A stretch of 64,000 nucleotides of DNA from a virus. The DNA lies in UHGV virus genome UHGV-0212524, one strand, 5' to 3'. Within the stretch, counting starts at the first letter, position 1, and every line of letters starts with the position of its first letter. This document shows, one piece after another, positions 1-9,935 of this stretch. The notes beneath the pieces are model-generated. The model did not search any database. It was not told the origin of the DNA and saw only the letters and a program-made list of their open reading frames with translations. Both the position numbers and the translations under genes were made by a program.

Positions 1-50
1 AATGTCGTGCAAAGGCGGTCGAATGGCCGCCTATTACGCATGACGAGAAA

Positions 51-500
51 GTGGCTCTTTTTTTGAGATATAACAAAGACTTGAAGAGATTAGGTGGATT
101 AATGCGCTTAACGGAACGTCAGGTTTTTGCTAAGATTTCGAGCAGCGAGTTGCGTAAAGAAGTAATTCCACACCTATCCTTTTTAGGGCAGGTTTATGCA
201 ATGACGACAGAGGAATTTTTATCAACCCAAGGTAGCGAACGGCCACATATTCGGTTTTCCGTCGTAGGTGAACCTGATACGGTAGGTGAAATCGATTTTA
301 AGATGCTGTATCGCAGAATAAAAGATGATGGGTTTATACATGTTAAACGATTATCAGAAACTTCTGTGGTGATTTATCATCGCACTGATCAGGATTTGTT
401 AGGGTGTGTTATAAGGCTAACAAATTTACGTAGTTTTTACGTTGATTTACTTACAGACTTTTATCCGGAACCTTGGTGTTTTATAGATGAAAATAAATGA
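51..500 (+). CDS. hypothetical protein (149 aa)
   Basis: Intact ORF at head of a same-strand gene train; no recognisable motif. Confidence 0.5.
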   Translation: MALFLRYNKDLKRLGGLMRLTERQVFAKISSSELRKEVIPHLSFLGQVYAMTTEEFLSTQGSERPHIRFSVVGEPDTVGEIDFKMLYRRIKDDGFIHVKRLSETSVVIYHRTDQDLLGCVIRLTNLRSFYVDLLTDFYPEPWCFIDENK

Positions 501-699
501 CGGATATATCATTTCAGCAATCGTTTCAACTGCGTTGATTGTAGCGATGTTGATGTTCTACGTTAAGACGTCTGACGAATCACGTAGAGACTCCCTTTAT
601 CGTGAATGTATGTCAGGCACTACTGTAGATAATCCACGCTACGCTGAATTAGTAATGGCGTGTACGGAATACGCTAATCGAATGGGAGGAGGGAAATGA
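487..699 (+). CDS. small membrane protein (70 aa)
   Basis: Hydrophobic segment ISAIVSTALIVAMLMFYV; start overlaps the upstream stop. Confidence 0.45.
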   Translation: MKINDGYIISAIVSTALIVAMLMFYVKTSDESRRDSLYRECMSGTTVDNPRYAELVMACTEYANRMGGGK

Positions 700-893
700 A
701 AATTTGGTTGCCGATTCTAGTTTTTATCGTTATTGCAGGGGCACTCGCAAGTGCTGAGTTAGATAGCCGTACTTTAGAAACGAAACGTGAATTGTACCAG
801 GACTGTATAAAGGATTATACACCGGGTACAGAGCTTCATGCACAAGCTGTAAAAAGTTGTGCGTTGATGGCTGAATCGCAGACTCGCTCCTAA
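696..893 (+). CDS. small secreted or membrane protein (65 aa)
   Basis: N-terminal hydrophobic segment WLPILVFIVIAGALASA; ATGA overlap with the upstream gene. Confidence 0.45.
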   Translation: MKIWLPILVFIVIAGALASAELDSRTLETKRELYQDCIKDYTPGTELHAQAVKSCALMAESQTRS

Positions 894-1267
894 TGCGTAT
901 CTGGACGCTACAACTCGCTAAGTGGCGGTTAGCTAAGCAGAAAGGATTTCACGCGGTGGATATCACCGTGAAGTCAGGTCGAAAGGAACTCGCCCCCGAC
1001 TGGGATTTCCTAATGGCGTATAAATCTTCTGTCAAGGACGCTGCCGCTGAACGTGAGTACACGATAAAGTATTTGTACAAACTCGAACGACTGTTAGATA
1101 CTGATGCCGAAGTTTTAGTGTCGTTACTCAGACACGATGACTTGGTTTTGATGTGTTATTGTCCCGCAGGTAAGTTTTGTCATCGACACTTACTGGCGAA
1201 CAAACTTCAAGAAGTGGGAATGATGTTTGGTATCGACGTTGTGTTGTGTGGAGAATTAACCGAATAA
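893..1267 (+). CDS. DUF488-like protein (124 aa)
   Basis: C-terminal CYCPAGKFCHRHLLA resembles the conserved Cys...CHR signature of the DUF488 family (recalled, not searched). Confidence 0.45.
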   Translation: MRIWTLQLAKWRLAKQKGFHAVDITVKSGRKELAPDWDFLMAYKSSVKDAAAEREYTIKYLYKLERLLDTDAEVLVSLLRHDDLVLMCYCPAGKFCHRHLLANKLQEVGMMFGIDVVLCGELTE

Positions 1268-1333
1268 AAAATTCTATCGAAATCTTCCGGAAAAATCACT
1301 AATCATTCTTGATTTTTAACTACAGAATAGTCT

Positions 1334-1377
1334 CCTACCGCCCGATTCTATGGGCGGTAGGTGTTTTATTTTTTTTT
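1334..1377 (+). terminator. rho-independent terminator
   Basis: Inverted repeat cctaccgccc / gggcggtagg followed by a T-run (gtgttttatttttttttg). Confidence 0.75.
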
Positions 1378-1393
1378 GATCTCGGAGGGTTAA

Positions 1394-1957
1394 GTGGCCA
1401 CACCATACGTACCTGATTTGAGTCTGACCTCAGCAGAGCTAGTGGTCGCTTTAATCAATCACGATAATGGGTTACAGCTTACGCTAAACGAAATACGTAT
1501 TAGCGGGACCGTAACAAACTCATCTCCAACAACTTCGCGTCGTAACACCATTACCGAAATCAGTAAAATCAGAAAACCAGATGGTGCGTCTGTTGTGGTT
1601 TATTACGACAGACTCGACGCAGATGAAGTATTAACGTATGAACCCATTCTGATTTCGTTAGACGGTACTGAAGACAACGTTCGTGACATTCTTAGTGTTG
1701 TAAATGAATTCTGCGGAACGAACTTACAACCCGAGGATTTACGTGCTTCAGATATCACTTTAGGTAACGATCCCATTTCCGTTAACGTTGCCGACGATTC
1801 TCCTGCGTGGATGAACGCGTTTATGGTGACGTTGTTTGATACAACCGAACGGGCATTAGCAAACGAAGAAGATGCAATCTTCTGTATTGGTGACAATGCC
1901 GTTCTTACATTCGAGGTTACAGATGGCGACAGCACTGAAGAAGACGAGACTCCATGA
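1394..1957 (+). CDS. hypothetical protein, paralog family A (187 aa)
   Basis: N-terminus PDLSLTS and an internal ...NLQP.DL... segment shared with the 11521..12033 product; weaker similarity to 19498..20346 and 20360..20839. Confidence 0.6.
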   Translation: MATPYVPDLSLTSAELVVALINHDNGLQLTLNEIRISGTVTNSSPTTSRRNTITEISKIRKPDGASVVVYYDRLDADEVLTYEPILISLDGTEDNVRDILSVVNEFCGTNLQPEDLRASDITLGNDPISVNVADDSPAWMNAFMVTLFDTTERALANEEDAIFCIGDNAVLTFEVTDGDSTEEDETP

Positions 1958-2384
1958 GCTCGAAAGCTACGCAGGCACACCGCAGGGCGGGGTACTGCTG
2001 TATAGCAAAGACAATAAAGAATATAAAATTGATGTTGATAAGTTAGCCCCGGTTGCGACAGTCACCACGGTTAACGGTTCGAATAATGCCGCCACGTTGG
2101 ATTTCAATACCAGCACTGACATTATTCTGGTGTTAAACGATCCCACTACTACGGTGACGTTCGCAGCCCTTACTAACGTTGCGGAAAATACCCGTTTCGA
2201 AGTAATGCTAACGTTTAAGCAGGGAACAGGGGCGAATAAAGTAACCTGGCCTGAAAACGTTAAGTGGCCTCACGGTGCAAAACCGGTTTTATCCTACACG
2301 GCAAATGCGGAAGACACTCTGTCGCTTTATACCCTTGACGGGGGTGCCACTTGGAAAGGTTCTCTTCTTGCAGCGGGTTACTAA
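1923..2384 (+). CDS. tail-fibre N-terminal adaptor-like protein (about 153 aa from internal ATG)
   Basis: MATALKKTRLHELESYAGTPQGGVLLYSKDNKEYK parallels the N-terminus of the 1488-aa fibre (MAKAVKKIRLHDLRPYTGDIGEGVLLFSKDEKDYK); the track ORF begins at 1872 but the homology begins at the ATG at 1923. Confidence 0.55.
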   Translation: MATALKKTRLHELESYAGTPQGGVLLYSKDNKEYKIDVDKLAPVATVTTVNGSNNAATLDFNTSTDIILVLNDPTTTVTFAALTNVAENTRFEVMLTFKQGTGANKVTWPENVKWPHGAKPVLSYTANAEDTLSLYTLDGGATWKGSLLAAGY

Positions 2385-5300
2385 ATGAGAAAACATTTTC
2401 AGCGTCACGCGATTAGCTACGCGTTATCGTTAGCTTACGGTCACCAATCCTTCGTTACCCGGAATACGGGAACGACTAACGACGCACATATCGATCATTA
2501 CATTCAAAACGAAGAAGGTGTTCTGTCGAATAACCGTCATTTCATCGCTGATACCATGGCGGAATACCAACCGAACGGTGACGCAACGACCGAGGGTCAG
2601 TCGTTACACATTATCGGTTATTGCCACATGTATATCGCAACAAAAGACGAAAGATGGTTAGATGCTGCGAAACACGCCTGGGATGCGTACAACACGTACT
2701 TCTACGCCGGACAGCCTATTCCGACAACACCCCAGCGTCGGATTTGTAACTGGTTAGTAAACGGGAAAGAACCGGTATTAGCACACTATCCTATTCACCC
2801 TACGGAACCTACCAACGGCGGGTATAAATGTGTTCCTGTAAGGTTTACAAATGGCCAATGTAAGATACCGCACGGTGCACCTTTCTGGGGAGAGTATTTG
2901 GATATCTGTACGTTTGCATATCGTGGCCACCCTGCCTGGGCCGCGATTAACGCAGATGTACAGATTATCAAGGAAGACAAAGAAGGGTCGATTAATTGGG
3001 AAGACGTTTTAACTCACGTTATTACTAATCCTGATAAGCCTTACGAAAGCACAGCTTGGGTCGATTGGCCAACACTGCTAAATAATACTACAGGTTACAC
3101 CCCGCTTTGGGGCGGCTCTGCAACAAAAGCTCCTAAACACGACGTTGACTGGATAATTGCCTGGACGGGTAACAAAATCCAGGATGGTGAAATTATTGAG
3201 ACGGGATTAGCAGACGCTGATAAAGGTACCGTACAGTTAAAAGACACACAGTTAAACGGTGTCTATTTAATTAACTACGCGGTAAAACTTCCTGTCGAAC
3301 ACGGCGGTTACGAATTTAAACGTAATGAGCCGTGGCACAACCGTCCGGTCCACACACCGTTCTTAGGGTCGAAAAACCAATACGGTAACGCCGCTGATGC
3401 TGAACTGTGGTTTATCGACGCCTGTTATTTGCTGTGGCGAATCACAGGTGAAGAGAAATACAAACAAGCATTAGACTGTGCTTTCTACACCGCACATGAG
3501 TACACGTATATTGATGCGACAGATAAATTCTTCCGTCGTTCTACCGCTGCGGATACACCGTTTACTGACGGTATTTCGTACGATTTCGATTACCCAGATA
3601 CCGTAAGTGCCACCTACGGCCGTGATGAGAATGGAGACATTACCATCCACGTGCCTGAAGCGGCGCAGCACTTTATGGAGCAAAAAGCGGTTAGGTTCAG
3701 GATTAACAAAGACTCTAAACTACGTGTCACGTACGGTGGAGTTTGTAAGAATGGCGATCCTGTCTACTGTAAAGTGATGGTGAACATTAACCCTGCGAAA
3801 GCTGATACCGAGGAGGTAAACTGGTACGGTTTAACCTTACCTCGGTCTACGGTAAATACCGTTAAACAGTACGATGTTGACTTAGGCCAACTTTCCCGTA
3901 TTACCACCCCAGAAGGGGGAGACTACCTGATAGCTGAAGCCCGTGCGTGTTCGGACTACGGTGGTTGTACGTGGGAAGAACGTTTTGAGGATAGCATTTA
4001 CGATGGTCGCGCGGGTACCGTGGTAGAAGCGGAATTTCCTGATGACAGTGCCGGGTTTATTATCGGGTTTTGGTTAACCGCTGAAGAGAAGGTAAAACCC
4101 GTTTCTATTGTTTACCGTGCAGACGCAGATTTTAACTTGCGTTTAGTCGACAGTGATAACTGGCTTTGGTGGTGGATGTTACCCAACACAAACAACGAAT
4201 GGCGTCAGGTAACGTTGAATCCGGATGAAGCCACACTTTCCGGTTATCAGCCAGACCACACAGACGCTGACCCTAAACCTTCAGCACCGAATTTCGATAA
4301 GGTGGATCAGGTCACGATTCTTCCTGACTCCACAGTTGACCATGCACACTTTGCTTACTATTGTGTTAACGATGTCCCACCGGTCTTTAATAAAGACGAT
4401 GGTTATATTTTAACCTTCCGTATTGCCTTACGCGGTGGTGCAGAGTTTGATGCAAAGGTGGGTGATTGTACGATTGTAGATTACCGATTGGATTCGTTAG
4501 CGTACTGTCCGGGTACGATACCGTTCACGAACAGCTACTTAGAAGGTTCAGAACAGTTAGGTGCTTGGCACGGGATGCCTTATCCAGGTTATCAGTATCC
4601 GTTTATGTACAGTATCCACAAAGACGACCGGTATAAGTTGTGGTTAGATAACCAGATTCAATTCCTGCACGATTCGCAGTTGGCTTACCAACAGCAAATT
4701 GGGGAATTAGGACCTGGTTGCGCAGCTTATATCTGGAACCGTTGGGACAACTACAGCTACGGAGAAGCGGATACCTGGACGACGTTCCATTGGGGTGATG
4801 ACCATCCTTGGGCAGGGTATCAGCCTCGCGCGTTTCATGCTGCGTGTCGGTGTTGGTACGAACTGAAACTGCGAGGTAAAGACGTTCCCGAGGCGTTAAC
4901 AACCTATATTGACAACTGGGTGAATTGGCTAGGTGGGTTTGTGGATCGGTTTAACGGCCACACTCCTAACGAGTTCCCTACAGCACCGGATAAAGCTGTT
5001 TGGGTGGAAAACGACTTCACCGCACATATGTGTGGGTTGTGGTTAGCAGGGTGTTGCTGGGCATTACTCGCCGGTGCAACGAATCCGAACTACGAAAAAG
5101 TGGTTAATGCGGCAATTAAGGAGTTAGGTGAAGGGTTTACGATTACCTCAATTCCGAATAAGCCGATTAATGGAGCGTGGTCTCCAGCCGCTCGAGAGTC
5201 TTCTGATAACGGAATGGCTTATGGGTTCTACACTGGAGAAGTGCTACGTGCGTTAGGTCTCTACGTTACTTATAAAACCTACGGACCCAACGCTAATATT

Positions 5301-5390
5301 TATCGTGACTTAGCGATTACTGACCACAGTCAAGCGGTCTTAGACGTTACGTTAACGATAGAAGATGTTCCATTAAAACCGGAGCAATAA
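2385..5390 (+). CDS. large virion protein, putative tail spike or receptor-binding protein (1001 aa)
   Basis: 1001-aa ORF directly after, and in frame with, the adaptor-like gene; Trp/Tyr-rich; no catalytic motif recognised. Confidence 0.5.
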   Translation: MRKHFQRHAISYALSLAYGHQSFVTRNTGTTNDAHIDHYIQNEEGVLSNNRHFIADTMAEYQPNGDATTEGQSLHIIGYCHMYIATKDERWLDAAKHAWDAYNTYFYAGQPIPTTPQRRICNWLVNGKEPVLAHYPIHPTEPTNGGYKCVPVRFTNGQCKIPHGAPFWGEYLDICTFAYRGHPAWAAINADVQIIKEDKEGSINWEDVLTHVITNPDKPYESTAWVDWPTLLNNTTGYTPLWGGSATKAPKHDVDWIIAWTGNKIQDGEIIETGLADADKGTVQLKDTQLNGVYLINYAVKLPVEHGGYEFKRNEPWHNRPVHTPFLGSKNQYGNAADAELWFIDACYLLWRITGEEKYKQALDCAFYTAHEYTYIDATDKFFRRSTAADTPFTDGISYDFDYPDTVSATYGRDENGDITIHVPEAAQHFMEQKAVRFRINKDSKLRVTYGGVCKNGDPVYCKVMVNINPAKADTEEVNWYGLTLPRSTVNTVKQYDVDLGQLSRITTPEGGDYLIAEARACSDYGGCTWEERFEDSIYDGRAGTVVEAEFPDDSAGFIIGFWLTAEEKVKPVSIVYRADADFNLRLVDSDNWLWWWMLPNTNNEWRQVTLNPDEATLSGYQPDHTDADPKPSAPNFDKVDQVTILPDSTVDHAHFAYYCVNDVPPVFNKDDGYILTFRIALRGGAEFDAKVGDCTIVDYRLDSLAYCPGTIPFTNSYLEGSEQLGAWHGMPYPGYQYPFMYSIHKDDRYKLWLDNQIQFLHDSQLAYQQQIGELGPGCAAYIWNRWDNYSYGEADTWTTFHWGDDHPWAGYQPRAFHAACRCWYELKLRGKDVPEALTTYIDNWVNWLGGFVDRFNGHTPNEFPTAPDKAVWVENDFTAHMCGLWLAGCCWALLAGATNPNYEKVVNAAIKELGEGFTITSIPNKPINGAWSPAARESSDNGMAYGFYTGEVLRALGLYVTYKTYGPNANIYRDLAITDHSQAVLDVTLTIEDVPLKPEQ

Positions 5391-5411
5391 TAACCCGCTT
5401 ATAAAAATGTT

Positions 5412-5445
5412 GGGGGAGGTGCTTTACCTCCCCCAGATCTTTTAG
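5412..5445 (+). terminator. putative terminator hairpin
   Basis: gggggaggt / acctccccc inverted repeat then a short T-tract. Confidence 0.4.
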
Positions 5446-5468
5446 CTCCCGATAGAGAATTAAATATC

Positions 5469-8400
5469 ATGGCTAAAGCGGTAAAGAAAATTCGTTTACA
5501 CGATTTACGTCCATACACCGGGGATATAGGTGAAGGTGTTTTACTTTTTTCCAAGGATGAGAAAGATTATAAGTTACCTGTCCGTGAGATCGTTGCAGAT
5601 ATTGACACCGTACGTAATGCGGTGTCTGATGCACAAACAGCAGCAACACAATCACAAGAAGCTGCAACTCAGGCTACACAAGCAAAGAATTTAGCAGAAA
5701 CAGCAAAACAACAAACTGACACCGTTGCGGCTACAGTTGCTCAACAAGCGCAAACTGTAACCGAAAAAGCAACTGAAGTCGGTACAAAACACACTGAAGT
5801 GTTAGCCGCGAAAACGGCGGTAGATACCCAGGTTGTGTCCGTTAATGAGAAAGCGCAAGCGGTAGCGGCAAGCGAGGCCAACGTCACACAAGCGGTGACT
5901 ACCGTTACGAAGAAAGCAGAAACTGTTGCCACACAAGCCGGTCAAGTCGAACAGTCGCTTACGGCAGTTAACGAAGCTGTCGCGTCGGTAGAGTCGTCAA
6001 AAGCCGCTGTAGAAGCTACAGCAACGCAAGTTACCACAGACAAAGAAACCGCAGAGAATGCGGCAACGCGTTCTGAGGCAGCGGCTAAGCGTGCAGAAGA
6101 AATCGCTGCAAAAGGTAACGTTGATGCAACAACGACCAGTAAAGGTATCGTTAGACTTAATAATACCTTAAGCAGTGACTCTGTTACTGAAGCGGCTACG
6201 CCGTCAACGGTTAAGCAGTTAAATGAAGATTTGCAGTTAAAAGCAAACCGTCACAACCCAACTTTTACCGGTGTGGTAAAAGCACCAACACCTGCTTCGG
6301 ATTCTAACGACACGAGCGTCTCAACGACCGCATGGGTACGGCAAGCGATTGCTGAATTAGTGGACTCTTCACCCGAGACGTTAGATACGTTATCAGAAAT
6401 TGCAGCTGCGTTAGGAAACGATCCTAACTTTGCGACAACGATGACGAACCAACTCGCGGGTAAACAGCCGTTAAGTCCGTTACTGACAGCGATTGCCGCA
6501 GTCACCACCGCTGCAAACAAACTCCCTTACTTTACCGGTAGTAATCAGGTAGGGTTAGCGGATTTCACCTCGACTGCGCGTGATTTGTTAGCGAAAGGGT
6601 CGACGGCAGATATCATTAACTTCCTGGGTTTGAAAACCACTGTTGATAAAGCTGCGGGTGCTATGCAACGCAGTTCTAACGGTGCCGATATTCCAGATAA
6701 AGTCACCTTCGCGAAGAACATCGGGTTGTCAGCAGAGACGTATTTGAAGTTTAATGGGGAAATGGCAGTAGATGCGGATATCAACACCTTCGGCCCAGTC
6801 GAAGCGTTTATGGGTGTCTGGTCTAAAGCCACGTCTACGAATGCAACAATTGCAAAGAACTTCCCGGAAGACGATGCAGTTGGTTACTTAGAGGTATTCA
6901 AAGCAGGTAACTACAGCGGAAGCCAACGTTTTACCATACGTAACGGTAACGTCTATACTCGTCGTTTAACAGGAACCTGGAACGGTACTAACGGCCCTTG
7001 GTCGCCCTGGAGAATGACAACTACCGCGAACCGTCCGCTCTCCACCACTATTGACCTTAACACTTTAGGTGGTGTTGAACACATGGGTCAGTGGCGTAAC
7101 TCCAGTTCTTCTCTTGCGACGTTCGATCGTCATTATCCCGAAGAAGGTGGTAATGCTCAAGGTGTATTAGAAGTAATGGAAGGTGGTCTCTACGGACGTA
7201 TGCAACGTTACACCACTCGTCGTGGTACGATGTATGTCCGTGGGTTGACTGCGACTTGGGATGCGTCTAATCCACAGTGGGAAGATTGGATTCAAGTTGG
7301 GTATCAGGTAGACGGTGCCTACTATAAGGGTAGCTTTAATGACTTAACTAAACCTGGTCGTTTTAGTGTTACCGGTGAGGCTACTGACGGTCCGTTAACA
7401 GACTCTGCTGGCGCAACCTTGTTAGGTGTTTGCGAAGTTACCTTACGCTTAGACGGTTCAGGCGTTGAACAAAATTATACCACATACGGTACAGGCGCAA
7501 CTACGAAAGGTCGCAAGTTCCAACGAATTCGTACAGGAAACGCCTGGAGCGAATGGCGAGAGATTTTCACATCCTATTCACTCCCGTTGGCTTTAGGGAT
7601 CGGTGGGGTTGCTGCCAAGGTCGATCCGTTAGACTGGCAAACCTTCGATTTCGTTCCTGGCCAGATGATAAGTACACCGTTGAATACCATGAAAAACATT
7701 CCTGCGGGAATGGATTGGGGTGTTATTGACGGTAACTTGGTCAGTATTCTCGTAGGGGCGTCAGAGGACACCGGTACTGGTCGGAGTATGTTGGTCTGGC
7801 GCGGTACAGTGTCTACTGCTAACTATCGCTTCTTTGCAGTACGTATCGCTGGCGAGAAGGGTAGCCGTACGATTACGCCACGACAGATGCCTGTGTTGAA
7901 CGCAGCCCACACTTGGGCAGAGAAACAGACCTTTGCAAAAGGGTTAGCAGGTGAGTTAACCGGCAATGCTTCAACCGCCACTAAGCTCCAGACTGCGCGT
8001 AGAATTGGCGGGGTCGCTTTCGACGGCAGCGGCGACGTTAACCTCCCAGGTGTTAACCAACAAGGTAATCAAAACACCACAGGTAACGCCGCGACAGCCA
8101 CTAAACTTCAAACCGCCAGAAATATTAACGGTGTGAAATTCGATGGCTCTGGAGACATCAATATCAACACCTTGGTAGGTCGTGGACGGGTTACCGCTCT
8201 GACCGGGTCGAACAAGGGTACACCTGGTATCCAGATGTACGAAGTTTACAATAACGGTTATCCAACCGCCTATGGTAACTTGCTGCACTTAGGTGGTGCT
8301 AATGCGCTAGGCGAAGGTGAGTTGTTAATTGGTTGGTCGGGCACGAGTGGTGCACACGCACCCGTTTATATTCGTAGTCGACGCGATACGGCTGATGCGC

Positions 8401-9935
8401 CGTGGTCAGATTGGGCACAAGTTTATACTGCCCGTGACAGTATTCCTGGTGTAAATACCACCGGTAATCAGGATACTACTGGCAATGCCGCTACCGCGAC
8501 GAAACTGAAAACCGCTCGCAGAATCGGCGGCGTTACCTTTGACGGTACTGGGGATATCAATTTACCGGGGGTTAACCAGCAAGGCAACCAGAATACGACA
8601 GGTAATGCAGCGACCGCTACTAAGTTACAAACAGCACGTAAGATCGGCGGTGTTAACTTTGACGGTTCGCAAGACATTAGTCTGCCCGGTGTAAACCAGA
8701 CGGGTAATCAGTCGACTACCGGAAACGCAGCCACGGCAACAAAGTTGCAGACAGCGCGTACCATTAACGGTATCGCATTTGACGGTACTAGAAATATATC
8801 GTTAGGGCCTGCCGATATAGGTTGTCCGGCTTCGCCCACTGGTTGGTTGGAGACTGGTAAAGACGGCGGCGCAATAACTACAGCACAGCTAGTGACGTTA
8901 TTGCAAAATAACGGCGCGTTTACCACAAAATCATGGGTTGCTCGCTGTGCATGGGCTTATGCTGCTAGTGCGTCCATACCGAACAGCGAGACGGGTTGTG
9001 GTGTTATTCCGTTAGCTGGGGCTGTTATAGAAGTGATTAGTAACAGCGCAAACAACTACACGATCCGTATAACGACCCCCACAACGACGAGCGTCGGCGG
9101 CGCACTCACTAATGCGGAGTTTATCTACGTAAATAACGGTGATGCTTACTCACCAGGTTGGCGTCGCGCTTACAATACGAAAAACAAGCCAACTGCTGCG
9201 GATGTTGGGGCGTTGCCATTATCTGGCGGTCAATTGAATGGTGTGCTGACGCTGCAAAATGTGAGTCAGCCTCTCAAGACGCCGGGTGGCGGCATTCTGG
9301 CAAATGATGGAAATTTATACATCAATAAGTCAGGATTTGCAGGCTGGATTGATGCGCTGTTTTTGAAGAACAGCGGCGGTACTGTCACTGGCGATTTAAC
9401 GGTTAACGGTAAACTGGTTACGAAGTATGCTGATTTCCGAATCGCTTACGGTAGCTGCGGTTTCATTTTACGTAATGATGGTGCCAATACCTATTTCTTA
9501 GTAACCGACTCCGGACAAGCCGCAACGGGTTCCTGGAACGGACTACGTCCGTTGTATTTTAATAACTCTAACGGTCAAGTAACCTTTGGTCATAACATTT
9601 CTAGCAACGGTAACGGTTCGTTTAACGACGTACAGATTCGTTCTGACCGTCGCAACAAACGTAATCTGGTGAAGCTGGATAAGGCTTTGGATCGGTTAGA
9701 AGCGCTTACCGGCTATCTGTACGAGGTTCAACATCCAGACGACGGTTGGAACACTTCGGTAGGTCTAATTGCTCAAGACGCATTAGAAGCGTTACCTGAA
9801 CTTGTGTCTGAGGATGATGATGCCATTTCAGGCGAAAAACGTTTACGTCTAAACTACAATGGCGTTATTGCGCTGTTAGTAGAGGGTATGAAAGCGTTGC
9901 GTCAAGAGGTTAACGAAATTAAAGGAAGATCCTAA
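5469..9935 (+). CDS. long tail fibre protein with tandem fibre repeats and C-terminal intramolecular chaperone domain (1488 aa)
   Basis: Ala/Thr/Gln-rich region; about six repeats of GNAATATKLQTAR.IGGV.FDGSGD.NLPGVNQQGNQNTT; near the C-terminus SDRRNKRNLVKLD matches the Ser-Asp-x-Arg-x-Lys autocleavage signature of endosialidase-type (peptidase S74) chaperone domains. Confidence 0.85.
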   Translation: MAKAVKKIRLHDLRPYTGDIGEGVLLFSKDEKDYKLPVREIVADIDTVRNAVSDAQTAATQSQEAATQATQAKNLAETAKQQTDTVAATVAQQAQTVTEKATEVGTKHTEVLAAKTAVDTQVVSVNEKAQAVAASEANVTQAVTTVTKKAETVATQAGQVEQSLTAVNEAVASVESSKAAVEATATQVTTDKETAENAATRSEAAAKRAEEIAAKGNVDATTTSKGIVRLNNTLSSDSVTEAATPSTVKQLNEDLQLKANRHNPTFTGVVKAPTPASDSNDTSVSTTAWVRQAIAELVDSSPETLDTLSEIAAALGNDPNFATTMTNQLAGKQPLSPLLTAIAAVTTAANKLPYFTGSNQVGLADFTSTARDLLAKGSTADIINFLGLKTTVDKAAGAMQRSSNGADIPDKVTFAKNIGLSAETYLKFNGEMAVDADINTFGPVEAFMGVWSKATSTNATIAKNFPEDDAVGYLEVFKAGNYSGSQRFTIRNGNVYTRRLTGTWNGTNGPWSPWRMTTTANRPLSTTIDLNTLGGVEHMGQWRNSSSSLATFDRHYPEEGGNAQGVLEVMEGGLYGRMQRYTTRRGTMYVRGLTATWDASNPQWEDWIQVGYQVDGAYYKGSFNDLTKPGRFSVTGEATDGPLTDSAGATLLGVCEVTLRLDGSGVEQNYTTYGTGATTKGRKFQRIRTGNAWSEWREIFTSYSLPLALGIGGVAAKVDPLDWQTFDFVPGQMISTPLNTMKNIPAGMDWGVIDGNLVSILVGASEDTGTGRSMLVWRGTVSTANYRFFAVRIAGEKGSRTITPRQMPVLNAAHTWAEKQTFAKGLAGELTGNASTATKLQTARRIGGVAFDGSGDVNLPGVNQQGNQNTTGNAATATKLQTARNINGVKFDGSGDININTLVGRGRVTALTGSNKGTPGIQMYEVYNNGYPTAYGNLLHLGGANALGEGELLIGWSGTSGAHAPVYIRSRRDTADAPWSDWAQVYTARDSIPGVNTTGNQDTTGNAATATKLKTARRIGGVTFDGTGDINLPGVNQQGNQNTTGNAATATKLQTARKIGGVNFDGSQDISLPGVNQTGNQSTTGNAATATKLQTARTINGIAFDGTRNISLGPADIGCPASPTGWLETGKDGGAITTAQLVTLLQNNGAFTTKSWVARCAWAYAASASIPNSETGCGVIPLAGAVIEVISNSANNYTIRITTPTTTSVGGALTNAEFIYVNNGDAYSPGWRRAYNTKNKPTAADVGALPLSGGQLNGVLTLQNVSQPLKTPGGGILANDGNLYINKSGFAGWIDALFLKNSGGTVTGDLTVNGKLVTKYADFRIAYGSCGFILRNDGANTYFLVTDSGQAATGSWNGLRPLYFNNSNGQVTFGHNISSNGNGSFNDVQIRSDRRNKRNLVKLDKALDRLEALTGYLYEVQHPDDGWNTSVGLIAQDALEALPELVSEDDDAISGEKRLRLNYNGVIALLVEGMKALRQEVNEIKGRS
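7951..8820 (+). repeat. tandem in-frame tail-fibre repeats (about 40 codons each, two blocks)
   Basis: Repeated nucleotide and protein units inside the fibre gene; the same repeats generate look-alike antisense ORFs. Confidence 0.8.

Noticed and set aside
8468-8926. Minus-strand ORFs 8468..8677 and 8708..8926 that look paralogous to each other
   Set aside because: Antisense to the tandem fibre repeats; their similarity just mirrors the sense-strand repeats.
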